A stretch of DNA of 32,000 nucleotides, taken from positions 1,422,100-1,454,099 of the forward strand of contig OZ242337.1 in NCBI GenBank assembly GCA_965208435.1, given 5' to 3'. Below the pieces are notes generated by a model, which was not told the DNA's origin, did no database searches, and was given only the letters and a program-made list of their open reading frames with translations. Positions 19,740-29,187 of the stretch are shown here, one piece after another. Each line of letters begins with the position of its first letter. Position 1 is the first letter of the stretch. Source of the stretch: Candidatus Aldehydirespiratoraceae bacterium. GTDB lineage: Bacteria > Actinomycetota > Acidimicrobiia > Acidimicrobiales > Aldehydirespiratoraceae. A program made the translations under genes and the position numbers.

Positions 19740-20995
19740 GTCGCCCCGTTCTCGGAAGCTCTCGGCACTCCAACGGATGCTTCATGCAGAATGGCTTCGA
19801 CATCCTCAACCGTGAATCGGCTCAGCACAGGGCGCGGGGCACCCCAGCGATCAATGATCGTTTCCGCCAGCGTGTGGATTTCGGCTTCAGAGAAATCTAG
19901 GTCGGTGCCTGATGGGTGACGTAGCAATTGCTCAAGCTCCTCAGCACCCGAAAGACCGAGTGCTTGAGTCACCTCACAGACCCTACCTGGAAAGCCCCAC
20001 CGGTCGTCGCCGGTCACAACGCGCCGCAGCCAAGGGCCGACTAGCGCGCTGGTCGCCTTGACCTTCCTGATTCCGGCGATCGTCGCCATTTCGTTGGCGA
20101 CGAACCACAGGGGCGATCCGATCGGAGGTCGCCCCTTCAGGGCAGCAGAGGTGTGCGTCGATGCGCTCAGCCAACCAGATGTAAGACGAGCATCGGTATC
20201 ACACAGTCCGGTTTCGGGGAGGCGCAGCATCAGCGCCAGCGATCTGAGGAGACTCTCTGCGACGATGTCTGGGATCGTCAGCTTGTACGGCGTGTTAACC
20301 ACCGGGCCGAGGATCCGCACGAATGCCTCGAACAGCCCCTCCCAAACGGATGTCGCGCTGAGCGTTGATGTTGCAACGCTGTCCAGAATCGCCTCATCAA
20401 AGTGTAGAGATCGTCCCCGGAGCAACAGTCTCTGATCCTGGATCCTCAAACAGGCAACAGAACTCACCTCACTCCCGGTGCCCACCGTTGTCGGAATCGC
20501 TACGAACCAGCGATCATCTCGGTGAGTCCGTTCGACGGTCAACAGGCTGCTTCGCTGTGCTTGCTTTCTCCATCGCCCGATCTGGCTCGGACTCGTGCTC
20601 GCGATGCGCGCGAGTTTTGCTACATCAAGGGTGTTTCCACCGCCGATCGCCAGCACCGTGGTTGGCTTGAGATCAGCCAACCAACGGGCAACCCTTTCGA
20701 TTTCGGACAGATCGGCATCCGGCGCGACTTCAATAACCGGACCCCGGTAACTATCGCTGAGCCACGGGCCGAGCAATGGCATGCGGCTGACCACCTTATC
20801 AACCGCGACCGCGTCAAGGTTCACCGTTGCGAGTGCTCGAAGAATCGAGTTGTCGCCGACCGTGAGCTTTTGACTGATCTGTTGCCAAGGTTCGCCCGGT
20901 TGGCGTCGAGCGACATCAAGTTTACGTCGCAAGTACGTACTCCACCGCTTCGAACGCAAGATCCAGCATTTCATCAAGTTCCTCCGAGGACGCAA
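19736..20995 (-). CDS. Fe-ADH-type dehydrogenase, candidate daptide-type oxidative decarboxylase (MpaB-like)
   Basis: 419 aa; 'TTVLAIGGGNTLDVAKLARI', 'FVAIPTTVGTGSEVSSVAC'. True start probably downstream of 20995, since the ORF overlaps the aminotransferase by 74 nt. Confidence 0.8.
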   Translation of the reverse strand: MRPRRNLMKCWILRSKRWSTYLRRKLDVARRQPGEPWQQISQKLTVGDNSILRALATVNLDAVAVDKVVSRMPLLGPWLSDSYRGPVIEVAPDADLSEIERVARWLADLKPTTVLAIGGGNTLDVAKLARIASTSPSQIGRWRKQAQRSSLLTVERTHRDDRWFVAIPTTVGTGSEVSSVACLRIQDQRLLLRGRSLHFDEAILDSVATSTLSATSVWEGLFEAFVRILGPVVNTPYKLTIPDIVAESLLRSLALMLRLPETGLCDTDARLTSGWLSASTHTSAALKGRPPIGSPLWFVANEMATIAGIRKVKATSALVGPWLRRVVTGDDRWGFPGRVCEVTQALGLSGAEELEQLLRHPSGTDLDFSEAEIHTLAETIIDRWGAPRPVLSRFTVEDVEAILHEASVGVPRASENGAT

Positions 20996-22178
20996 CGAAT
21001 GCGGGAACCAATTGAATGCAGGACGGTCCGGGCTGAACGATTACCCCGCGGCGTAACGCCTCAGTGACGATCTCGCCTACTCGTTGTGGCTCAACGATCG
21101 TCCCTTTCTCATCATGGAGCACAACCGCACGGAATAGCCCGGTGCCGCGCGTGCCTGCAACAAACCGGTTTGAAGCAGAACGCTCAGCGAGCCCGTTGCA
21201 GAGCTGCTCGGCTAACGCCTGGCGTCGCGCTTCAGCGCCGTATTCGATGTGCTGTTGGATTGAGGCGATCATTGCAGCACAAGACGGGGGGGTTCCAGCC
21301 TGCGTCTCGCCATGCACGAATGCGGCGTCGGCGGCGGAGAAGCGCTCACTGACGCGTTCCGACCAAAGAACGGCTGAGGCAGCAGCGGCGCCATTGGTCA
21401 GAGCTTTGCTGAGAACCAACACGTCGGGAGTCACTGGCCAAGTTGAATGCGCGAATAGAGGACCGGTGCGGCCAAACCCTGTGGCGACCTCGTCGGCGAC
21501 AACCAGGACTCCGTACTGTCGCTTCGCTTCAAGGATTTCAAGCAACAACTCCATCGGAGGTTCAATCGCCCCCGAGCCAAGCAACGGCTCTAGCACGACG
21601 GCGGCTACCGAGTCGCCTGAATGGGCAATGAGTCGTCGAAACTCGTCGGCAGATCCCACAGCAACGTGGCGCACATGTCGCTGGTCAGCCCCGTACAAGA
21701 GCTGACCGAGATTTTCTCCTGAAAGCGCCACAGCTCCGAGCGTCGTACCGTGGTAGCTGCCCTTCATGCTGACTACCAACCGGCGTTGGTGCGCCTGCTC
21801 TAGGTTCCAGAACTGCCGCGCAACCTTGATCGTCGCATCAATAGCGGCCCCACCAGATGTCGCAAAGAGGACACGTTGGAAATTGGGCCCGGCTAGCGTC
21901 AGCAAGAGATGGGCCGCCTCCTCGGCAAATCTATGGTTGTAGCGAAAGAGTGTCAGGTATGAAGCTTCGATGAGGGAGGAGTGCACCGCGTCCGCGACCT
22001 GGCGGTTCCCATAGCCAAGGCTGACGTTCCAGAGACCGCTCGTCGCACATAGGCGTCTTTGGCCGTCCAGAAAATCAACGCGGACGCCATGTGCACTGAC
22101 GGCCATTCGCAGAGGGGGCGAAGAAACACTCGGCGGCGTGAAGAACTGAACCACCGAGCTCTCGGTATGCTCACTCAT
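20922..22178 (-). CDS. class III PLP aminotransferase, candidate daptide-type (MpaD-like)
   Basis: 418 aa; 'SMKGSYHGTTLGAVALSG', 'VVADEVATGFGRTG', 'LSKALTNGAAAASAVL'. Confidence 0.85.
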   Translation of the reverse strand: MSEHTESSVVQFFTPPSVSSPPLRMAVSAHGVRVDFLDGQRRLCATSGLWNVSLGYGNRQVADAVHSSLIEASYLTLFRYNHRFAEEAAHLLLTLAGPNFQRVLFATSGGAAIDATIKVARQFWNLEQAHQRRLVVSMKGSYHGTTLGAVALSGENLGQLLYGADQRHVRHVAVGSADEFRRLIAHSGDSVAAVVLEPLLGSGAIEPPMELLLEILEAKRQYGVLVVADEVATGFGRTGPLFAHSTWPVTPDVLVLSKALTNGAAAASAVLWSERVSERFSAADAAFVHGETQAGTPPSCAAMIASIQQHIEYGAEARRQALAEQLCNGLAERSASNRFVAGTRGTGLFRAVVLHDEKGTIVEPQRVGEIVTEALRRGVIVQPGPSCIQLVPAFVASSEELDEMLDLAFEAVEYVLAT

Positions 22179-22632
22179 CGTGTTCCTTTAGGTAAGTGGT
22201 CACATACAGCCGTCGATCCTCGATGTGGTGCTGAGCAGCGGCTATGCACGTTCGTGACGCGATTAATAGGCCTCTCAGCTCCGCTTCCCGGTCAACGGTG
22301 TCCTGAGTAAGAATTCTTGTCGATGTCGTCCAAACGCGAATCGGTCGTGCGTTTGAAGCGACCGTCACATGACGACGAAGGGCCTCCGTGTCGACATACT
22401 CGAAGAGGGTGAACTCCTCGTCGCCGAGATCGATCACGGTGGTCGACTCCTGAGACAAGGACTTGGGTAGATCGACTTCGAGCAAAGAAAGAACGAAGCG
22501 GCCTCCGGGCCGTAGCATCTTCCACACTCGGTCGAAACAGTCACTGCGGTCCTCAGCAGACAGGAGGCTGATCGAGCTCGTACCGACAACTACGACATCA
22601 GCCCCTGAGTCCAGGCAGAACTCCTGCATTAG
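22171..22632 (-). pseudogene. C-terminal part of the IS-disrupted class I SAM methyltransferase (includes one TSD copy)
   Basis: 152 aa in frame 'MQEFCLDSGADVVVVGTSSISLLS...VWKMLRPGGRFVLSLLEVDLPK...' continuing the N-terminal fragment when the IS is removed. Confidence 0.88.
22628..22632. repeat. left target site duplication ATTAG
   Basis: ATTAG immediately before the IS terminal CCTGG; matches the copy at 24246-24250. Confidence 0.93.
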
Positions 22633-24245
22633 CCTGGATCCACCGGTGGGGTTGGGTTGTTGGTGTGTTCGCGTCCGCGGAAAAGGCCTCCTGGTCTGCG
22701 ATGATTGTGATGACTAAAAGTCACTTTCGTCACAAAAACAGGAGGCACTTTTCGTGTCTGTATCATCGCGCAGGTTGGACCGGTTGGCAACAACGTTTGA
22801 TCATGAGGGCCTGGTAGCGAACGCGGGCCTGGTTCTGGCTGCGACGTTGTTCGCTCGTTTGGGTCTGTCGGGGTTGATCAAACGGTGGGTGGACACTGGT
22901 TCGCCGAACCCGGACCGCAAGGTTTTGACGGTGGTCGCAGCGATGCTGGCGGGTGGCACCCATATTGATCATGTCGACATGCTGCGCGCCGGGCGCACTG
23001 GCAGCGTGTTGGGGTTTGCCCCCGCGGCGCCGTCGACGGTGGGAACGTTTCTGCGGACCTTCACGTTCGGTCACGTCCGCCAGCTCGAAGCGGTGGCCTC
23101 GCGGGTTTTGGCGCGGGCCTGGCAACTCGGCGCAGGCCCGGGCTCTTCGCCGTTGGTGGTGGATCTGGACTCCACGGTCTGTGAGGTGCACGGCAAACTC
23201 AAGCACGGCGCCTCCTACGCCTACACCAAAGTGTTGGGCTATCACCCGCTGCTGGCTGTGCGTGCGGGCACCTCTGAGGTGCTCGGAGCGCGGATGCGCA
23301 AAGGCTCCGCTCACTCATCGCGTGGTGTGCTGCGCTTCGTCGATGAGCTCATAGCCAACCTCAAACGCGCGGGTGCTGCCGGGCCGGTCACGATACGCGC
23401 CGATTCGGGGTTCTGGTCCTGGGGGCTGATCGACCGTCTCAACACTGTTGACGTGAAATGGTCGATCACCGTGTCGCTGAACTCTGCTGTCCGCGCCGCT
23501 ATCGAGACGATCGGCGACAAAGCCTGGGTTGACATCGACTACCCCAAAGGGGGCCACGCCCAAGTCGCCGAAACCCTCTATACCACCGGCCGCGGCAAAC
23601 AACGCCGCACCGTGCGCCTCGTGGTGCGCCGCACCCGCCTCACCGACCGCGCCCAGCAACGGCTCTGGCCCAACTGGCGCTACCACGCCTTCATCACCAA
23701 CAGAAACGACCTCAGCACCGTCACAGCAGACCAATTCCACCGCAACCACGCAGTCGTCGAGCTCGCCATCCGCGACCTCAAAGAAGGCTCCGGACTCAAC
23801 CACATCCCCTCCGGGCACTACCCAGCCAACTGTGCATGGCTCGCCTGCGCCGTGCTCGCCCACAACATCGGCCACTGGACCGCCATCCTCACCAACACCA
23901 CACCAGCCACCAACCAAACCCGCCGCACCCGCCTCACCGCGCTGCCCGCCGTGCTCGTCAACCGATCCGGCACACACACCCTGCGATACCCCACCCGCTG
24001 GCGATGGCAAACCCAATTCACCAACACACTCACCAAACTACGAAACCTGCCCGGACCCTCCGGCTAACCCCCACCACCCAAAGGAACCCGGCACCCTCCA
24101 GCACACACCCAGCGCCACCAACCCAACCCAACCCCTGAACCCTGAACCCAACACGCCCCAACACACCAAACCCAGTCCCAAACACCCAACCCGACACCCG
24201 CCCACCAACCACCCCACCCACCAACACCGAATCGGTGGATTCAGG
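22633..24245 (+). mobile_element. complete IS1380-type insertion sequence, 1613 bp
   Basis: imperfect terminal IRs CCTGGATCCACCGGT / CCTGAATCCACCGAT (13/15), flanking 5-bp ATTAG duplication, full transposase inside. Confidence 0.92.
22754..24067 (+). CDS. IS1380-family DDE transposase
   Basis: 437 aa; 'SSPLVVDLDSTVCEVHGKLKHGASYAYTKVLGYHPLLAVRAGTSEVLGARMRKGSAHSSRG', 'HNIGHW'. Confidence 0.92.
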   Translation: MSVSSRRLDRLATTFDHEGLVANAGLVLAATLFARLGLSGLIKRWVDTGSPNPDRKVLTVVAAMLAGGTHIDHVDMLRAGRTGSVLGFAPAAPSTVGTFLRTFTFGHVRQLEAVASRVLARAWQLGAGPGSSPLVVDLDSTVCEVHGKLKHGASYAYTKVLGYHPLLAVRAGTSEVLGARMRKGSAHSSRGVLRFVDELIANLKRAGAAGPVTIRADSGFWSWGLIDRLNTVDVKWSITVSLNSAVRAAIETIGDKAWVDIDYPKGGHAQVAETLYTTGRGKQRRTVRLVVRRTRLTDRAQQRLWPNWRYHAFITNRNDLSTVTADQFHRNHAVVELAIRDLKEGSGLNHIPSGHYPANCAWLACAVLAHNIGHWTAILTNTTPATNQTRRTRLTALPAVLVNRSGTHTLRYPTRWRWQTQFTNTLTKLRNLPGPSG

Positions 24246-24250
24246 ATTAG
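24246..24250. repeat. right target site duplication ATTAG
   Basis: ATTAG immediately after the IS terminal ...TCAGG. Confidence 0.93.
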
Positions 24251-24595
24251 GCCCGTTTCAACGCTGAGGTTACTCCGTCGCCGAGAGAGGCGCGGATCCG
24301 CGTCAATTGTCTCTTCTAAGAAGCGGAGCATCTCTGGCGAGTTATCGACAGCGATCACTTCGGCACCTATTGCGAGAAGTGCCTTCGTGATCCTCCCCGA
24401 ACCGGCTGCAAGCTCCACGACGCGGGTCCCGCGGCCCCCGCATGCCCGGATGATCTCTGGAAGCTCGGAACGATCGTTCTCAGTCAGGTGGTGGTAGAAC
24501 GAGGCACCAGCAACGTACATATCGCCTCGTCGCTCAGCCGAGCAGCGGGCCCACGCGATGCCGCCTCGACCCGGCGGATCGGCTACGGGGGTCAT
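24246..24595 (-). pseudogene. N-terminal part of the IS-disrupted SAM methyltransferase, candidate daptide-type (MpaM-like)
   Basis: SAM motif I 'TRVVELAAGSGRITKALLAIGAEVIAVDNSPEML'; ORF runs into the IS at 24245; ATGA overlap with the upstream gene. Confidence 0.88.
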
Positions 24596-25599
24596 CTCGT
24601 TTCGTCGCAGGATAGCCGGTCTCCAAGTATCTGGGCCTGGACCATCTCACAGCTTTGGACAGCTTGAAGTGATGGGATGCCGAACACACTTGAGATCGCT
24701 TCGATCGCTTCAGTTCGGCTCGCTGTTCCGAACATGATTTCTACGATCGTGGCTGCATCTGGGGGTGCTTTGAGGACCTGGCCAGTCACCGGGTTTGCGA
24801 CCAGATGATCACTCCCATCGAAGAGCACGATCGGAGAGTCGGGACGCTCGGTTGGCAGCTTCGGCAGTACTCCTTGGGTCGTTCTGTAACCGAAGCCACT
24901 GACGAGGGGCATCTCCTTGACGTGTCTCGTCGACACCCGGCGCATGACACCTAGGACGGCTAGGTAACGGCCGAGCCATGGTCGCTCGCTGGTTCCTCGC
25001 TGCAGCTCAGTCCGCGTAGCGGCCTCTGAGACACACCGCTCGGCGGTTCCACCAAAGTAGCTCGGCTGCGTCGACCCATCTTTCCCAACAAATCGACGGG
25101 CACCTGAGGCACTGGCACAGGTGCGCGAGGAACTCAGCGCGCATTCGTCAGCAAACGCAACATAGGGGTGAAGTAGGTGCGGTCGAAAGACGCCTTCGTC
25201 GACGGCATCGTCAGCATCGGCGAGGAAATCCGCGACATCCTCAGTCGAGTGGACCGTGAAAAGGGTTGGGCCGGTGGTCGGAATGTAGGCCCCTGTCGCG
25301 TACGCAAACGAGGTCACCGAGAGGCCGCTGGAGAGCGCAAGTTCGTCGCCGTCGAAGTTGAGCGACCCCGTGTATGTGGCGATGTCGCCTCGAGAATTGA
25401 CGCGGCCCACTAGCTCTTCGGGGACAAATATCAGGCTGGTGGCCGGCAGATCCAGCGATTCAAGTACCGCAGCCGGTGCTCCCGGAAGTATGAGTACCTC
25501 CTTGGGGAACGTGGACACCGAACCCGGTCCATTGTCATACGTGCCGGTCAGCACTCGCTGAAGCCGCATCGCAGCATCTTCTCTACCACTACCCAGCAT
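24592..25599 (-). CDS. putative RiPP recognition/accessory protein (daptide MpaC-like position and size)
   Basis: 335 aa without catalytic motifs; C-terminal 'HLVANPVTGQVLKAPPDAATIVEIMFGTASRTEAIEAISSVFG' resembles a winged-helix/RRE-like segment; located between M50 protease and methyltransferase. Confidence 0.55.
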   Translation of the reverse strand: MLGSGREDAAMRLQRVLTGTYDNGPGSVSTFPKEVLILPGAPAAVLESLDLPATSLIFVPEELVGRVNSRGDIATYTGSLNFDGDELALSSGLSVTSFAYATGAYIPTTGPTLFTVHSTEDVADFLADADDAVDEGVFRPHLLHPYVAFADECALSSSRTCASASGARRFVGKDGSTQPSYFGGTAERCVSEAATRTELQRGTSERPWLGRYLAVLGVMRRVSTRHVKEMPLVSGFGYRTTQGVLPKLPTERPDSPIVLFDGSDHLVANPVTGQVLKAPPDAATIVEIMFGTASRTEAIEAISSVFGIPSLQAVQSCEMVQAQILGDRLSCDETR

Positions 25600-25611
25600 G
25601 TCTGTTGCTCC

Positions 25612-27180
25612 TTAACTTGTTAGAGATTCGATTGCCGGCTGAACCACACGTTGCCTTGCCCAGCTGCTTGGTGACAGGCCAGGCTGATGCGCGACTGAGC
25701 GGAGCGCCGCCTCTCGTGGTGCCAGCTCCGATATGAGCTCGATCGGAACACACTGTGCCTTAGAGGTCAGCGCCAACCCGGTTATCGGGACGATGGCCTC
25801 GAGTGGGGTTTCGCAGGACACGGCCGGACCAGTGACGCGCGCTCGGCCTAGTTCAGCTCCAAGCACCAGCCCGCCGCTGTGGATGACAATTTCCATCCCG
25901 ACGTCGATCCCGTCCTTGCTCACTGTTCCCGTCGGGAAGACGACAAACCAATTTCCATCGGTTTGCGTGACGCCACCGACGTAGCGGTTGTCTATCGTGG
26001 TAAACGACAGCGCGGCCGACACGCCCAGCACAGCCACGAGCAACCAGCAGGCCGCTCGGAGCGGTCTTGCTCCTTCTCGCAACACTCTGACGGTCCGGCG
26101 GACCGCGATCCGAAGTGCATAGAAAGAGAGACCAGCGATTAGCGCGAATAGCGCCGCCGCGCCAGGCTTTTCCAGTGCCATCAGCAGGGATCGAATGGCA
26201 ATGATCGCATACATGATGAGCACGATGGGTACAACGAGAGACACGAATCCAAACATGGGTGTCCAGCTGCGGGTCGGCTCCCTGCGGGGACCGCCCAGCA
26301 GTCGAAACGACACCCAGGCCCAGAAGTCGTCAATTGATTTCCTGCGGAGATGTGAGATATCAAGCCATGTGGCGAGAGCCAAATATCCATCCAGCTTGAC
26401 GAAAGGTACAAGGTTGAATAGTGCGAACGCGTAGCATGCGAGACCAAATACCACGAGACCTGTCACGAGTTCGCCGCTGACCGCGTAAGCCAACAAGACG
26501 GCAACGCCTCCCATGGCAGCATGGGCACCAACTCCTGCGAGAGCCACCGCGACTCGTTGGCGCGGCTCAAGCCGCCATGCGCCGGTCACATCACAGAAGA
26601 ACGCGGGCGAGAGGTAGAAGAGCATCACGCCCATCCGCCGAGGTGACTCGCCATAGGCCATCAGGGCGCCGGCATGTGCCATTTCGTGAACGAACGTCGA
26701 AAAAAGGAGCGATATCAATATCGCGGCATACACCTCGATCGAAATGGACGACCCCAGGGAATCGTCAACCAGCTGTCGATTCGTACCGAGGAGAATCAGT
26801 CCCGCGCCGGCAATCGAAAGAAAGAGAAGCCTGATTCTGGGCCTGAGAACGGCGCGAGCGACGCTAGCTAACCAACGCAGCCGAACGGATGGATCAAGGA
26901 GACTGATCTGCAGCGAGAACGGTGGCCGGAACTGAACGCGCTTTGGGCGGATCTCAGCGCATTCGGACAAGAGTTCAAGCCTCTCGAGTTGCCCTCTAGT
27001 CGCCCCCACGAGGGCTGGAAACCATGGCGGCCCGAGGAGTTGCGACACCTCGCTATCTGATATCGTTGGAGCTTGGATCAAGATGTCACGCACCCGTGAA
27101 GCGTCATGCCCGATCCGAACAAACTGGCCGTTGGCTGTCTCGACCAACACGGCTGGGGTTGCCTGATCAGGAGCGGTCAT
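25612..27180 (-). CDS. M50-family intramembrane metalloprotease, candidate leader peptidase (MpaP-like)
   Basis: 522 aa from MTAPDQ...; zinc motif 'FVHEMAHAG', second motif 'NLVPFVKLDGY', many TM segments; ATGA overlap with the permease stop (27177-27180). Confidence 0.85.
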   Translation of the reverse strand: MTAPDQATPAVLVETANGQFVRIGHDASRVRDILIQAPTISDSEVSQLLGPPWFPALVGATRGQLERLELLSECAEIRPKRVQFRPPFSLQISLLDPSVRLRWLASVARAVLRPRIRLLFLSIAGAGLILLGTNRQLVDDSLGSSISIEVYAAILISLLFSTFVHEMAHAGALMAYGESPRRMGVMLFYLSPAFFCDVTGAWRLEPRQRVAVALAGVGAHAAMGGVAVLLAYAVSGELVTGLVVFGLACYAFALFNLVPFVKLDGYLALATWLDISHLRRKSIDDFWAWVSFRLLGGPRREPTRSWTPMFGFVSLVVPIVLIMYAIIAIRSLLMALEKPGAAALFALIAGLSFYALRIAVRRTVRVLREGARPLRAACWLLVAVLGVSAALSFTTIDNRYVGGVTQTDGNWFVVFPTGTVSKDGIDVGMEIVIHSGGLVLGAELGRARVTGPAVSCETPLEAIVPITGLALTSKAQCVPIELISELAPREAALRSVAHQPGLSPSSWARQRVVQPAIESLTS

Positions 27181-27923
27181 CCCAGGCCCTTTTTGTCGAT
27201 CACAAACCACGCGACCGTGGTCACAACGGCGACCCAACCACAGAAGACAACGATGCCAACCGCCCAGCCCACCGTCTCGAAGCTCTGATCCCGATAAATG
27301 GCTAGCTGTGCACCCCCCGGGAGCCATCGGCCGATACTCGGGGACAGCGCCAGCAAAGCCGACTCGGCCGCAAGGGTCCAGACAATCGCGCCGATGATTG
27401 TCGGGACCTGACGCCTTCCGAGCCAGCCAAGCGCCGCACCCCATAGTCCAGCCAGGCCAGAAACCAAGAAGACCCCGATCGCGGTCTTGACCATCTCACT
27501 GTTCCACTCAAGTCGGACGTCCTGTTGCGCCGCCCAGAGTGTCGCAGCAGCTATCCCGGTCCCTGCCCCCACCAGGCCAAAAACGACGCCGGAGCCAATT
27601 CCTGCGACTGCCTTGCCCAAGAAGAGATTTCGTACACGGCCAGCGCTGATGAGAGACCTGATGATGGATTCATTTTGGAACTCCCGGGTCACAATGAGAA
27701 TGCCGACGATCATCGCGAACAGCGAACTTGCAAACCCCAGCGAGAGTATCTGTTGTGTCGCGTCATCGGCTCCCACGGCGCCGATGACGTGCTCGTCGGC
27801 GAGAGTTCTACCAGTCCCAAACATGGCAGTGGCATTTAGAACACCGGAGAAGAGCGAAAGAACCAAAAGCGTACGTCCGGCGCAGAGCTTGATGAACTCC
27901 GCGCGAAGTGTTCGACGCAGCAC
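27177..27923 (-). CDS. ABC-2 type transporter permease
   Basis: 248 aa; multiple TM segments, 'ILIVTREFQNESIIRSLISAGRVRNLFLGK'. Confidence 0.85.
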   Translation of the reverse strand: MLRRTLRAEFIKLCAGRTLLVLSLFSGVLNATAMFGTGRTLADEHVIGAVGADDATQQILSLGFASSLFAMIVGILIVTREFQNESIIRSLISAGRVRNLFLGKAVAGIGSGVVFGLVGAGTGIAAATLWAAQQDVRLEWNSEMVKTAIGVFLVSGLAGLWGAALGWLGRRQVPTIIGAIVWTLAAESALLALSPSIGRWLPGGAQLAIYRDQSFETVGWAVGIVVFCGWVAVVTTVAWFVIDKKGLG

Positions 27924-27925
27924 GG

Positions 27926-28657
27926 TCAGGTTTTCTCGTCAGGTTGTGCGGTCCCGACGGTTACTTCGAGGTACCGATCCTCGAGCGTGCTTGCCCCAGA
28001 AGCCGTGAAGTCGTTCCTGCTGCCCTGGTACCTCACTTGGGTATTCAGTATCGTGACTTGGTCAACGATCTGTTCGATCTCAGTCAAGACATGACTGCAA
28101 AGGATTACGGCCCCGCCACCGTCTGCATGTGCCCGTAGCAAGCGTCGCAACCAATGGATCCCCTGTGCGTCGAGTCCGTTGTGGGGTTCATCGGCTATCA
28201 ATAGACTCGGATCGCCGATCAAGGCAGTTGCGAGCGAGAGACGGCGGCGCTGCCCCGTGGACAACTTCCCCACTCGCCGCTTTGTCAGGCCACTCAATCC
28301 GCACTCCTCGACTAGGTCGTCGACCCGTCGCATCCCCGTGCCAGAGCCAACCGCGGCGGCACGCAGATGACGGCCGACGGTCATGTGGTTGTCAAGCCCA
28401 TTTTCCATCAGCACCCCCACCACCAAGGCGGGGTCAGGCAGATCTAGCAGTCTGGAACCGTAGATCAGGACACTGCCCGATGATGGAGGCGTGATGCCTA
28501 GAAGGCACTTCAGTACGGTCGTCTTCCCCGAGCCATTCGGACCGAGCAGTCCGTGGATCTCGCCCGTCTTGACAACAAGACTCAAATCGTCCACAGCGTT
28601 CACATCCCTGTAGGACTTCGTCAGGCCAGATATCTCGACAGGATGATTGTCACGCAT
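27926..28657 (-). CDS. ABC transporter ATP-binding protein
   Basis: 243 aa; 'GLLGPNGSGKTTVLKCLLGI', 'LSTGQRRRLSLATALIGDPSLLIADEP'. Confidence 0.93.
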   Translation of the reverse strand: MRDNHPVEISGLTKSYRDVNAVDDLSLVVKTGEIHGLLGPNGSGKTTVLKCLLGITPPSSGSVLIYGSRLLDLPDPALVVGVLMENGLDNHMTVGRHLRAAAVGSGTGMRRVDDLVEECGLSGLTKRRVGKLSTGQRRRLSLATALIGDPSLLIADEPHNGLDAQGIHWLRRLLRAHADGGGAVILCSHVLTEIEQIVDQVTILNTQVRYQGSRNDFTASGASTLEDRYLEVTVGTAQPDEKT

Positions 28658-28666
28658 GACTTGGCC

Positions 28667-28873
28667 CTACTTTGGCTGCTGTTTCGAGCGAAACACGCCA
28701 ACTGACGCCAACAGCGACAGGGAAGCCAACATCAGGAGGAACGCCAAGCCGATCGTCGTACCATCAGCGAGGCCAGCGTTGATCACCCAGACTGATAGGC
28801 CAGCGAGACACGCTGCAACCCCTGCGAGCCCCGCTGCAAACTGAGGTGAGGCGGCAAATCTCGGAGACTTCAT
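28667..28873 (-). CDS. small two-TM membrane protein of the RiPP operon
   Basis: 68 aa from MKSPRFAASPQF...; two hydrophobic segments; purine-rich GAGAGAGAG upstream; lies between precursors and ABC ATPase. Confidence 0.6.
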   Translation of the reverse strand: MKSPRFAASPQFAAGLAGVAACLAGLSVWVINAGLADGTTIGLAFLLMLASLSLLASVGVFRSKQQPK

Positions 28874-28922
28874 AGTTTCTATCTCTCTCTCGTGTGTCTC
28901 GAAAGTACTACCGAAGAAGCGC

Positions 28923-28955
28923 GGAGCCCCCGGTGGCATAGCCACAAGGGACTCC
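28923..28955 (-). promoter_or_regulatory. intergenic hairpin between precursor genes and maturation genes (attenuator/processing candidate)
   Basis: GGAG-c-CCC-cg-GTGGC-ata-GCCAC-aa-GGG-a-CTCC, 12 pairs with internal mismatches; no T-tract. Confidence 0.45.
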
Positions 28956-28964
28956 ACGCTTGGC

Positions 28965-29141
28965 TCAGGTGATGGCTACTCCGACGTAGAATAGGGCGAC
29001 CAAACCGAGGCCAATTCCAACGCCCGTAAAGAACGAACCCCAGCCCCAAGGGGCCTCAAGGCTCTCCATTGGTTCCATCTGTAGCGACAACAAAGCAAAC
29101 TCCGCGTCGACAACATCCTGCGTCAATTCCATGGTGTTCAT
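28965..29141 (-). CDS. RiPP precursor peptide 1 (daptide-like, C-terminal Thr)
   Basis: 58 aa MNTMELTQDVVDAEFALLSLQMEPMESLEAPWGWGSFFTGVGIGLGLVALFYVGVAIT; strong SD GGGAGGTGA; absent from the supplied ORF track. Confidence 0.85.
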   Translation of the reverse strand: MNTMELTQDVVDAEFALLSLQMEPMESLEAPWGWGSFFTGVGIGLGLVALFYVGVAIT

Positions 29142-29187
29142 CGATTCACCTCCCTTCGAGGTTAGACGGCGATGGGATGGCTCAGGG

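Noticed and set aside
28879-28957. Extended N-terminus MESLVAMPPGAPRFF... of the small membrane protein
   Set aside because: Covers the intergenic hairpin and lacks an SD; the MKSPRF start has a purine-rich upstream and gives a coherent two-TM protein
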